From Octopus bimaculoides (taxonomy: Eukaryota), in assembly GCF_001194135.2 (NCBI RefSeq), contig NC_068988.1, forward strand, positions 46,033,154-46,066,604: a stretch of DNA of 33,451 nucleotides, in the 5' to 3' direction. The position numbers and the translations under genes are program-made. The notes beneath the pieces were generated by a model, which did no database searches, was not told the DNA's origin, and saw only the letters and a list, made by a program, of their open reading frames with translations. This document shows positions 1-11,598 of the stretch, piece by piece (positions within the stretch are counted from its first letter, which is position 1; the number at the start of each line of letters is the position of its first letter).

Positions 1-71
1 AAGTTGGAGTTATGAACTCTTTTTTTCTTTTTTTCAACAGGAAGTTTGTGTCTGTTCATAGAGAAATAAGG

Positions 72-275
72 TCACTGAGGGGTGTGTGTGTTAAGAAATG
101 GTTGGAATTTCTCTATGAAAAGATTCTCCTTGTTGATTCTTTCTTGTGTGGAGATTCTGTCTTTACATTGATAGAAAGGGAATATAATGAATTTAGGATT
201 TTTGTTTCTGGCGCAACAGTCTATGTGGCCACTGAGTGGAATTTGGCGGTATTGAGGGAGGTTTATTTGTTCCTT
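72..275 (-). mobile_element. Penelope-like element, C-terminal part of GIY-YIG endonuclease (fragment)
   Basis: Minus-strand frame is open for KEQINLPQYRQIPLSGHIDCCARNKNPKFIIFPFYQCKDRISTQERINKENLFIEKFQPFLNTHTPQ*. This matches the PLE GIY-YIG end pattern (H..QI...S.HI..C...R...E..FI.KF.P.LN). Stop TGA at 74-72. Confidence 0.8.
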
Positions 276-289
276 AGCGCTCGAAGGGC

Positions 290-855
290 TTCACTATCTC
301 GCTGGTTGATTAGGTATTTAGTAGTATTCCCCTGTTCTTGGATTGTAAATGCATAGCCTTCGAAGTGTGATGTGATATAGGGGTCACAATTCAAAGAGAG
401 GTTTAGCTTCATGTCAGTATTACTATCTTCTTCAAGACTTCAGGAAACATACTCATACATAATTTTTCTTTTGGTATACTGAGCATTTCACATCGAGGTC
501 TTCTTTAAAATATGTTAGTCCAGGTGTTTGGGGATTGTATGCGAGGTCATTAGGAAGAGAGTGCTTCCTGAGGAGTTCACTTCTGACACATTAAATATTA
601 CTCTCTTCACGTTTCAGTAGTAAGTTGAGGTATTTATTTTTACTGCAGTTGTTTAGCAAGCGCTGTCTGAGAGAGACTTTATGACGAAGCTATCTGCACT
701 GATCTCAAGCTTCTATCTCCTTTATCACTTCTGTGGTTGATCCTGTTGCTATCACTGTATCATTATTCCTGTGGAAATTTCCAGTTGATATCAGTATCTT
801 ATGGGTTTTAATGTCAAGTATCCCAAATATTGCACTGGTACTGCAAATGAATTGG
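290..855 (-). mobile_element. Degenerate R4/Dong-like (REL-type) LINE, region downstream of the RT core
   Basis: Manual translation with stops and frameshifts: DIKTHKILISTGNFHRNND, DKGDRSLRSVQIA (decayed GGRGL motif), LRQRLLNNCSKNKYL, ITSHFEGYAFTIQEQGNTTKYLINQRD (EG..AIQEQ motif that precedes the CCHC finger). Confidence 0.65.
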
Positions 856-2471
856 GGATGTGTATGTATGTATGTATGTATGTATGTATTGAGAATGACT
901 GATTTAAAAACAAGGCTTATATTCTTAGCTTGAAAGTTGCTAATTTGAATCTTAGTGAAGTTGTATGCTGTACATATTTGTGATCAAGACCTCATGTGAG
1001 GAACCTGCTGCTTTTTTTGTTACAAATCTGAATTTTTCCATTAAAAATACATGTTTGTTTATTCCATAGTATTATTATATTCTAATGTTCATAAATTATT
1101 ATTTTGAAAAAATCACGAAAGAAAACAAGCAAATTTACATTTTTATTTCTTACTTTAAGATTAATAATTACATTTTTGCAATAAATGTAATTACATGTAA
1201 TAAATTTTTCATGAATACAGCCTTATTAGATTACATTTAATTGAATATGGTCGTCATATATTGTATAATAAAAAAAAGAGGTTCCTCACCTCTGTATTTG
1301 ATACTTAACTCATCTTAACCTGCAATTAACATACTGCTTCACATATTATTGAATGTCTTCCTCTATATCAATGGTTCTTAAATGTTTTTGCTGCTCAGCA
1401 TCTTCTTTCATTGAATGGTGTTTTACAATCCATCCTTCATGTTTTATGAGAAAAAAATTTTAAAGAATGTTATACAGCAGCTTATTTTAATCAAACAATA
1501 GCTAACTATGCACAATAGTTTATTGTCCTTGTGTTCATATTTTATCTCATCCAACATATGCATGTAGAGCATTGCCATGAACATGTAACAGACGAATTGT
1601 AGATGAGGACCTTCACTGCAGGCTAGCCATCAAAATGGTCTGCAGAGAAAGAACTTCTGGTTAAATGGTAAATGTGACTGGAGGTTTAAATGGCTGGTCG
1701 TACTTTCCCACACCAAGTAGATGATTGAACTGGAATGACTGATACTGTGACACACCCATGCTTGTCATTATTTTTATGCACAGCTTAACAATGTGATATG
1801 CATATTTTTAGATATTTGTATTAAAATTTTATGGAAATTCCTAAAGAAAATGAAGATTTCTTGCTTGTTCATTTTCATTTGTTTTGTTTTAACATCTGTT
1901 ATTCCATGCTAATATAAGTTAGACGAATATAGTTGGATACCCTACCTGCTGCTAACACTTATCTTTTATTCATATAAGGGATTTCTTCTTCCTCATGAAT
2001 TTGAAGGTACAAAGCTGGTAGGGAATTTGTTTATAATAACATTACTATTGGTAACTCTGTAATTTTTCTAAGAACAAATGTAAACGAAAACACATGGACA
2101 CACAAATATGCATGCATATATACATACTTATATGTATATAAATACACACACACACACACACACGCTCACACATATAGATACATAGATAGATGAGATGAAA
2201 TTATAGTGGACCATTGTACATTACCAGTATAGTTTCTGATCAAAGATAACAGACCTTAAATCTGACAAAGACTTCTTGAAAATAAAAATGTTTTAAAAAT
2301 GTATGTACTGTTCCTGGTTTAAATATTTTAATTCTAAGAAAAATCATAACTGCTTGTAAACACACACTATCCTCTGTGGCTCCTCCTTTATATTAGCCAC
2401 CCATTGGTGAGTTCACAATGCTGAAAGCAGGGGCTGTTTCCCAGACTAAGAACCACTGCACATAGATTATA

Positions 2472-2692
2472 TATGAGGGGTTGTTGAAAAGTTCCTGGTT
2501 TGGGGTTAAAGAAAATACAGGAAGATCAACTAATTATGATTTTATTCAATGTATTCCCCTCTCAGAATCACACACTTATTGCAGCAGTCCTTCAGTTTTT
2601 CTAAGCCCTGTAAAAGAACTAGGAATGTTGGGCCTCCAACCAGGCCTTTTGTGATACCCTTAAAGCAAGGAACTTTCTAGGACTCCATTGTA
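2472..2692. mobile_element. Mariner-type MITE (about 220 bp, non-coding)
   Basis: Imperfect terminal inverted repeats: left TATGAGGGGTTGTTGAAAAGTTCCTGGTTTGGGGT; right end reverse complement TACAATGGAGTCCTAGAAAGTTCCTTGCTTTAAGGGT. TA at both ends and no ORF. Confidence 0.7.
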
Positions 2693-2697
2693 GACAA

Positions 2698-3630
2698 TAC
2701 AGGAGTTGTCGAAACATTGTTATTTCCATTATAATCAGTCCATGTTTGACCACCCACTTCATAGAAGTGCTTGCATATTTTTCGTTAATGTATGAGTTCC
2801 TTTATTTATCATGATATTAGAGCCACCAATGGCTCTAATTTATCATGATATTAGAGAGGAAGGCAGTGAGCTGGCAAAATTGTTAGCAAGCAGGACAAAA
2901 TTCTTAGAGACGTTTTGTCCAACTTTACGGTCTGAATTTGATCCTCTGTGAACACTGTAAAAGGTGTAAGATGTGACATGGACACCGTGAAAACCAAGTT
3001 CCCCCAAACTGTGATGGTCTTTGGGCGAGGGTTACATCATGCTGCCCCAAATCTTTGAACAGTGCATTAGGCTCAATTCAGATGGCTATGTGAAGCTATT
3101 GGAGACTGTAGTCAAGGACTGGCTGGAGAAGATTGCTGCTAGAAGACCATATGTGTGACAGAAGGATTTGGCTCCTTATCATTACTTCAGGAAAGAATCA
3201 GAAGTGGTTGTTGGAGTATTCCTATGACTTCACCTGCTCCAATTTTTGGCCTCCTAACCCCTCGGATTGTAATCCCATGTATTATGATGTATAGGGTCTG
3301 GTAAAGAAGGAAATCAACTGCTCTGCTTGCAACACCAAGACCAAGTTGGTGGTCAAGATCAAGAAGGTGTTTGAATATCCTTCCAGGTACACAGTGAGAA
3401 ATACATTCACCTGGTTCCAGAGCCTTTTCGAGGCCATGGTTTCAGATCCTTCTTGAAGGTAGCTACTTTGAGTAAACTGTAATCTCCTAGCCATAATGTA
3501 GCTTTTGAGAGCTTCCTCTCTTCTATGGAAAACATGCCTTGATATGGGAAAATATTACTTTACTGAGAAACAGGGAAAGCATCTAGGTGTAAAAAAAAGC
3601 TGCCACAATGAATTTCCGCTGGTCCAGAGG
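2698..3630 (+). mobile_element. Decayed Tc1/mariner DD37D (maT-type) transposon, transposase C-terminal half about 2990-3475
   Basis: TKFPQTVMVFG, then EGYIMLPQIFEQ..LNSDGYVKLLETVVKDWLEKIAARRPYV*QKDLAPYH, a +1 frameshift, TSGKNQKWLLEYSYDFTCSNFWPPNPSDCNPM(Y)Y, and finally EGSYFE*. I count 37 residues between D (3165) and the third catalytic position (3280, TAT in place of GAT). Outer boundaries are uncertain and I could not confirm TIRs. Confidence 0.8.
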
Positions 3631-3665
3631 AGAGGAACACTAAACTAATGACGATAACAAATGTT

Positions 3666-3726
3666 GATGATAATGATGATGATGATGATGATGATGATGT
3701 ATTTTCGTACAGACATACGCACACAT

Positions 3727-3775
<49 letters not shown>
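3666..3775. repeat. (GAT)n followed by (TA)n microsatellites
   Basis: Direct reading; source of the 3560..3793 and 3648..3899 ORF artefacts. Confidence 0.95.
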
Positions 3776-3779
<4 letters not shown>

Positions 3780-4637
3780 ACCATGACTGTCATTACATAT
3801 ATGTGTGCACTTGTGTATGTGTGTGTACTTATATATTTATTGCTTTATACAATGCTCCTATCAGTTTCACACATGAGCATTCAGCTGCTCAATAGTTAAG
3901 TGCTGACTGCTTCTGAATTACAAAAAACAAAAACCCCACAGTTCACACAAATTGCCGTGTGAATGATATAAGAATGGAGTAAATTTGTGACACTTGTGTA
4001 TACACACGAATGTATATCTGTGTGTATATGTGTGTGTGTCTGAGCATGAATGTGTATATATGTATATATATGTGTATGTTTGTATGCATGTGTGCAGGTA
4101 TGTATATGCATGTGAATGTGTATTATTCTTACATCATTCTTAAGTATATTTCACAATAGACATTACATTTCTAACTGCACTGTGCTAAAACTTTTCTTCT
4201 TACACTTCAGCAACGATATGTAAAAATTCTTACAAGTAGAAGGCCACATTCTTATTTACTAAGCCTAATGTGTTGAAATGGCACCATTGTGACACTTGTT
4301 TAAGCAATATCTTTGCTATTTCTGTTCTAAACGAATTGTTATTTTGACACCATCTGTTCTTATGGGAAGTATGATCATGCAGTTTTCCCTGTAAATATTT
4401 GATGAACAAACTATGCAATACAAAATATCTTTACTCTTTCAATTTGCACCACCAAGAAGAAAGAGAAATAATGCAGTAAGTCCACACAAGGGCAATGCCA
4501 GCATTAAGAAGAATAACAAGAAAATGCCCTTAACAAACATTGAATCCAAGAGTTTTGCTTAGCATCAGGAGGGATCTACTTTATTTAGTATGAGTGTGCT
4601 TATGGAGGTACATATAAATGTTTTTGCCTATATTCAT

Positions 4638-4639
<2 letters not shown>

Positions 4640-4682
<43 letters not shown>

Positions 4683-4950
4683 GATTTATATATGTATATT
4701 TATATATGCATACATGTATGTATATATATATATATATGCATACATGTATGTATTGGTACACACAGGCACACACACATTCACATGAATGCATACAAGAATA
4801 TATGGGTAAAGTTATATTTATTAATATTTATTCATAAATATATATTGATAAATATGGATTTGGATGGGCACATGTGCACATTTTGCTGATATATGCATAT
4901 TAATTATATATGAATACATCACTACACACACAAATGTGTGCATACATATA

Positions 4951-5014
<64 letters not shown>

Positions 5015-5180
5015 TAGATATATGTATATATATAGATAGATATATGTATATATATAGATAGATATATGTATATATATAGATAGATATATGTATATATATA
5101 GATAGATATATGTATATATATAGATAGATATATGTATATTCATCTAAATATATAAATACATATATATATGTATATATGTG

Positions 5181-5220
<40 letters not shown>
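4640..5220. repeat. Compound (TA)n region containing a 22-bp minisatellite at 5011-5139
   Basis: Unit TAGATAGATATATGTATATATA starts at 5011, 5033, 5055, 5077, 5099 and 5121. Confidence 0.9.
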
Positions 5221-5221
<1 letters not shown>

Positions 5222-6042
5222 CATATGTGTGTGTGTTGTATATATGTCTATGATTGTATGTGTATAAATTGCAATGCTATTTTGAGTTTCCTACCTTTTA
5301 TTCCTTTAACAATGGTAAAGTTTAGGGATACAAAGCAAAGTGCCAGAAAGACAGATGTTTCCATATCTATAGAGTTCTTCTTGTGAATCTCATATCACCA
5401 CTATCACCACAGCAAGAGTGGGGTTTTCTATTCCCCTCTCTTTATCTCACTCATTCCTCCCACCAGAACACATCTGCGCTTACCACACACAATTTTAAGA
5501 ATAAACAAAGGCATTTCATTTATCTGGCTTTCATTATTTATTATGTTTATTATTACTTATACGTTGCTTCTTATCCTGTTTTTCCTTCACCTACCATTTC
5601 ATGTGGACACTTCTTTATTCTATATTATACTACAAAAGATAATGCTTGCATGTATTTCTGAAAGTAAAAAAAAAAAAATCCTGCATTTTATTTAATGTGC
5701 AATCAACTTAGATGATGTATGCTTAAGGCTTTGCAATAAGAATTCGTTTTCACTCCCCAAGAGTACATCAACATGAATAAATCAGAATCATACACTACCT
5801 CTCATAAATTTCCTTAAAACTATATCCCTGTGTCAGTGTACACATACATGCACACAGACAAGAAGACATTGCAGTAAAAGGTTTGTGATGTTAAAATTTT
5901 GTTTGGTATCCTAGAGTCTTTCTGGGATTTATAGTTAAGCTTAGGTAGCCTCCACTGTTCACTTAAGTAACAAGTAAAAAGACTTGACATTCTGAAAATA
6001 GGGGGATTTTACCTTCTGTCTGACAATATTTTAACTTCTCTA

Positions 6043-6258
6043 GGCTGCAAGCTGGCAGAAACATTAGCATGCCAGGTGAAATACTTAGTGCTATTTTGTC
6101 TGTCTTTATGTTCTGAGTTCAAATTCCGCCGAGGTCGACTTTGCCTTTCATCCTTTCAGAGTCGATAAATTAAGTACCAGTTGCATACTAGGGTCGATCT
6201 AATCAACTGGTCATCTCCTCAAAAATTTCAGGTCTTGTACCTAGAGTAGAAAAGAATA
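6043..6258 (+). mobile_element. tRNA-derived SINE with Nin-like central domain
   Basis: A-box-like TGGCAGAAACATTAGC and B box GAGTTCAAATTCC (6115-6127), followed by GAGGTCGACTTTGCCTTTCATCCTTTCAGAGTCGATAAATTAAGTACCAG (Nin-domain-like, from recall). Related copies lie at about 21005 and 24500. Confidence 0.8.
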
Positions 6259-7762
6259 TTTTAATTTCTGAATGTAGTTTTTTGGGATGGCCAAATACAG
6301 ATTAAACATGCTATGTGGAAAATAAAACCACCAGAGAAGGTGGTCATTTTGTTCTTAGACAGAATGCATCCAAGCCCTAAGATGACCAGAAACCAATAGA
6401 GATCTTCTCAACGACAGGAAACAGAAGGTAAGAAAGTTTATTGAGCATCACATAACAAGGCAACACTTTGAACCTAGAAAACCAAAATGAAGGTAGAAAA
6501 CCAAAATGAAGGTAGAAAACAAAAATACAGATACAGGATGACCCTACCAGCTGGCTAAAGGAAAGCCAACATAGTAACTTAATAATCCTGTGTTGGACAG
6601 GAGAGAATGGAGGCTCATGATTCCTGACGCCTATAGGTATGTCACAAAGGGGAGGAAAATTCCTATACCAATTAAATATGATTAATATTTTACAAGTAAA
6701 ATATTATTCGCATTTTAAAAAAGTACCTGTAGATATTGACTAGTTAGACATACTCTATAGATGGCGTCTGAACAGATGGACATGTTATGTAAATTTCTAT
6801 TGAACAGATAGATTTGATATTATTTATTCATTAAAACAAAAGTTTACAATAGCAAGATATTGATTGCAAATTTCATTTTATTATACATACAAACCCAATT
6901 GATAAGATTCAATTAAACAATAGAGTGACTATGTAAATGTTTCTTTCTTTTATATAAATGTAAATAAAATATTTTGTAAAATAGTTAAAAGATGATGAAA
7001 TATTAATCTTTTCTTCAGTACTTGATAAAGAAATATAAAAAATAAATCCTTTTTGAAGCAAATGGAAATACACAACCCAATTGTAAAAAGAATCGATACT
7101 GATGCACAGCGAAATGACAGTTAAATTCTGGAGATAATTATGAGTGAAGCTTTTAATGATGATGACGATGATAATAATGATCATGATGATGATGATGACA
7201 ATGACAACAATGTTGAGGGGAAGGAGGAGATCGAGAGTGAAGCAGATCATCATCATTATTCAATATGATTTTAGTATATCGGTTGTCCAGTTGTCTCTAA
7301 TTGCTAAAAATAACATTCATATTTGTTCAAATATTTCCCAAGGTTTTGGAATAATGGTAAAAACTACTAATAGGAATTGCCTCTTTCTTCAAACTGTTGT
7401 AAATAAACCTTATTGGTGAAATGTTTTGGATGTTACCTCAGCATAGAGACATCTTGTTTCTTTTGTAAATAGTGCCAGTCTACCCCATTGGTTTGCCCAA
7501 ATAAGCACTTGAACCTAACACTGTAAGCCAATGAATTAAAACTTAATTATGCAGTGTCTTTCCAACATGAGACCGTTGAAACTTCTCACAACCAATGTTT
7601 TTACCCTCATTTGTATTTCGTTCACAGAAAAGTTCAAATGAAGCACTCTGTCGGTAGCTTTATGCTGGACATTGTGGGTAAAGTATGACAAAGGAAATAG
7701 CACAGGTGTCTCACTATAGAGGTGATGCATGGATACTCTGCATAATATAAGGATGGATAAGT

Positions 7763-8155
7763 GTAAGTAAGTAATTAAGTAAAATCCCTAGCTAGCTTCC
7801 AAGGGGGAGGCTGTCCTCTCAACCAGTATGATGGACTCTGGTGATGATGTTATTCCACACTTTCTGATCCATGGTACTGGTCTTAGCATGCTCAAGGTTG
7901 AGATGTTGTGACCTCAGCTTTTCCTCAATTTGTTTCACCCATGTTTTCTTTGGTGTGCTGCATTGGATTCTCCAGTGAGTGGTTCGCTGCTGGCATGAAA
8001 TTTGCTGTGATAGTTTTCCGGTGTTCATTCTGCAGGTGTGGCCAAACTACTGTGGCCTGCACTGCTGGACTTGGTCCTCAGTGGTTAGCTGCTGCTGGCA
8101 TTGTTCTTGAATGTTGTTGTTTGAGATTCAGTCACACAGGAGTAGCTGGAAAGAA
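7763..8155 (-). mobile_element. RTE-clade LINE, 3' fragment
   Basis: D*ISNNNIQEQC..EDQVQQCRPQ*FGHTCRMNTGKL..HWR..PKKTWVKQIEEKLRSQHLNLEHAK..MDQKVWNNII (RRL.WFGH..RM / RP..TW / DR..W motifs of the RTE C-terminus), short 3' UTR and a (TTAC)n-like tail. Confidence 0.7.
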
Positions 8156-8159
8156 GACA

Positions 8160-8900
8160 ATGATAATATTGGAAAAGTGTCAAAGCATACTCTCAACATA
8201 CATGAAGGCGAGTGTGACAAAGAATTAGAAAAGATGGGTGAATAAGTTGTTCATTAGTGTGTGAGAGAAGTGTGACATTTGGTTAGAGATGGGTGCAGAG
8301 TTGAATGAAGAGAATAAAACAAAAGTAGAGGTGTGGTTGATGGAGAATATTAGTATGGAGGGGTGGAAGATGGAAGAAATAAGAGTTTCTCAGGAAAGAT
8401 GAGGTGATAAGCGGCAGAATAGGAAGGAAGGAGAGCAACTATATAATAAACATATAGACAGATAAAAAAAGATTTGAAGATGACGTGCAGGGTGGAAGAG
8501 TGAGGCGAAGAAGAGAGACGGGGGATGTACAAAGATGGAGATGGATGTCAGAGGGAGGTAGAAGTGGCTGCAATATGTAGGGGATAAAGATAGGTGGGAG
8601 AGACCATCAAAGGCAGATATGTGAGTGTGATGAGAATGACAGCGGTTAAGAAAAGGCTTTAAAGATAAGGTGTGGCCGTCCTAAGATATAGATCAGACAA
8701 GAAGGGGAAGAACTTGGAAAGACAAATAGATGTGTTTGTAAGAAAATGAAGCTAGAGGGGTTGATATTGACACATTCACTGCTATTTCTAGCAGTTTGAT
8801 GAACTGTGTAGGAGCTCTTTCACTAGCTCATATCTCATGGAATGGGATTAGTAGATAATAGCAAAACTTAGGGTAACCATGTCAGAATGGATGAAATGGT
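8160..8900 (-). mobile_element. Possible very old LINE RT remnant (CR1/L2-like)
   Basis: Minus strand is CT-rich with weak echoes of GS.LSP.LF..Y (ccaagttcttccccttcttgtctgatctatatc) and SAF.DD (atatctgcctttgatggtctc). No clean frame. Confidence 0.3.
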
Positions 8901-9249
8901 ATTTAATGGACTTCTGATGCAAAGCAATTGACATGTCTTGTGTAAAAAGAATGTGAATTTAAAGGAAATAGAAGCTTAGTTTAGGTAGGTTATAGCGATG
9001 TGTATATATAGCTCTAAGTATAGGTAACTGAACAAGAAATACGATAAAAGTCACACTTGATAATAGGGAATAAATATATAGAATAAAGAAATCAAGAAGT
9101 ACATATAGTTTTAAATATAGTACATAAAACTCAGTTATAGTGGTGTGCTCATGTATGTAAGGTAGTAAGACGATAACCATAACTGAATTTAGGCCAATCT
9201 GGTTCGGTCATATGATTGTAATTCATGCTGTCATATAGAAACATCTCAA

Positions 9250-9540
9250 AAGTTAGAAGACCATCATTTTTGAAAGATTTATTTTTCCTTTCTTCTTTTG
9301 ATATTTGTTGGTTAAAGATACCTCACCAAAGTACTTTGATTCATTTGGACTTGTTCTGCAACATCAGCTGTCTTACAATGGAGATTATTTTCAATAATCT
9401 GTTTGATAGCCTAAAGCCATCTGTTAGTGGACCCAGGTCAACATGACCAAGATGATCGTGATTCCTTTTCTTTGCTGGTGAATTGTACAGTCATTCTGCT
9501 GATTTTGGAAAGTAGCTTTGTGCCACCTTATGGTGGCTAA
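9250..9540 (-). mobile_element. Possible mariner transposase N-terminal (HTH) remnant
   Basis: AIKQIIENNLHCKTADVAEQVQMNQSTLVRYL resembles the mariner second HTH (L..LIE.NP..T.RELAE.L...STV.RHL). Surrounding sequence is heavily decayed. Confidence 0.4.
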
Positions 9541-10817
9541 ATCCACAATATGCTCCCTTTGGAAATCAGGCATACCCCCTTTGAATCATAATATACCCCC
9601 TTTGAAAATCAGACAACTCTTGTTTCTGCTATTCATGGTACAGCTAGATGCTATAATTGATTAATATACTATGAACTTGACTAAAATATGGTAATACATT
9701 TACATGTTTGAAGCGCAAAGTAATGTCTACATGGATAAAATAGGGGTATCTATTTACTTTTGTGATGCCTGTGTAGAGATGCAAAAGTGGTATAGACATA
9801 TCAAGGTAATATGGTGAATGTAGGAAATTGCTGGAAGGTACTCATTGCTAAGATAATTATTATAAGAGAAACGAAGCAAAATATCGACATGTAAAGACTA
9901 GAGATACCTACTTTTAGTGTTAATGATTTTAAAAAAGATTGGTTTGAGCCAGGTAAATATTATGTATGTATATCAGTAACTGGAAGCAAGAAAGACAAAA
10001 CAAGAAGGCTTTTATAAACCAATCTTTAACCTGCATGATCTGAAATAGGTAGATCATTTTCAGATATATCAGGCAGATAGGAAAGTATGATATGAATTCA
10101 GTCTTTTTACTTGTTTCTCTTAAATGGTCTCATTTCTTAGTTACATTGAATAAACTAAGTACTATGCTAATTATGGCTTTATGATCATGAGAGAAGTCAA
10201 GTTTATATATTAGCATAAGTATTCTATATTCATTATGTAAGAATATTAATGAAAAAGCAAATGAGGAAAAAGAGGATAAAAGTAAAGAAAAAATAAAAAT
10301 GCTGAGTGATGATGAAGCTATAAAAGCAGAAATAAGAAGAAAAAGAGAGAAGAAAATATAAAATAAAGTCAAAGGAAAAAAAGACATTAAAATGATCTTG
10401 AAGAAGTATTAGGAAAAGATGAGTAACTGACAGCTTGACAAATCATCATGGCAGAACTGAAGAAAATGATAATGATGATGTAAAAAAAAGAAGGAAGATT
10501 GGAAACCTTCCTGCTTTTAAAAGAAGAAAGAAGACGGAGGTTAAATGACATTGCCTGTAAAAATATCTCTGTGCTGAATAAATGGTAAAAAAAAACAAGA
10601 AAAGAAATTGGGACCACATTTCTCATAAAGCAAAAAACATCATTTGCTGCAGGCTGTTCCCAATTCTTCCAGTAGGAATGTTGTTCAGGGCAATTTACAA
10701 CATCAAATTAAATGTGAGGCCTATTCTTTCAATCTATCATTCGGATATTAAGCAACCACTGGATGCAGTCAATTAAACATGAAGAAAATACCTGGAAGAT
10801 TATTTTAAACAAATAAT

Positions 10818-10894
10818 NNNNNNNNNNNNNNNNNNNNNNNNNNNNNNNNNNNNNNNNNNNNNNNNNNNNNNNNNNNNNNNNNNNNNNNNNNNNN
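10818..10894. other. Assembly gap (further gaps at 11599-11608, 22640-22807, 25714-26126, 27238-27611)
   Basis: Runs of N, mostly adjacent to microsatellites or SINEs. Confidence 0.99.
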
Positions 10895-10931
<37 letters not shown>

Positions 10932-11557
10932 AGAGGGAGAGAGACAGAGAAAGATGGATAGATGGATAGATACATAGATAAACAGATAGATATATTTATT
11001 GATAGTTTGTGCTGCTGCTGTTACTTCCAAGGACTAATTGATTGAATTGATCAATTGCTAATGATTGACTCATTATTGTCTTTCACCTCCTAGCTATATC
11101 CTTCTTATTCTATCAATGCTTCTTATGACTTACTTAAAGAAGGAAAGAAAGCACTATGACTTTGTGCAAAACCTATGAGAGTATTGGGTTACAGGAAGAA
11201 AGAAGAAACTGCAACCCATGGGCTGCCATTTAGCTGGAGAGCTCAGATGTTTAGCCATCACTTTAAGCAAACTCTCTAAGTCAATGTGATGGTGTTAAAC
11301 TAGGCATTAGATTCAATATGCAATCCAGCAATAGGTATATGCCACCTGATGGGATTTCACAGAGATTCCATCTACCAGCTTTCACACCTAATCCTTAGCT
11401 TGAATTGTGGCTTTGGTAGTGGACACATCAATGTAAGTTTACCCAAGCTTTGCATATATAACATAAATCTCCCAACTTTGGGAGACTGTATTGGACATAG
11501 GTATTTCCACTTAAAATATGACATGATTCACTTATGAATATGTACCTGTGAATGAGT

Positions 11558-11598
<41 letters not shown>

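Noticed and set aside
12-356. 114-aa plus-strand ORF
   Set aside because: It is the antisense shadow of the minus-strand Penelope and R4 fragments, with no recognisable motif.
997-1289. 11-bp inverted repeat GTGAGGAACCT / AGGTTCCTCAC around an AT-rich core
   Set aside because: It does not extend and has no TSD, so it is too short to call a MITE.
3560-5386. ORFs rich in YI/HT/CV/D/S runs (also 11428-12031, 13295-13540, 14502-14895, 22566-23143, 28374-28665)
   Set aside because: They are translations of microsatellites.
6359-6427. AG...GTAAGA-bounded 69-nt segment
   Set aside because: Stops in all three frames, and it lies within the LTR-like block; at most a non-coding exon.
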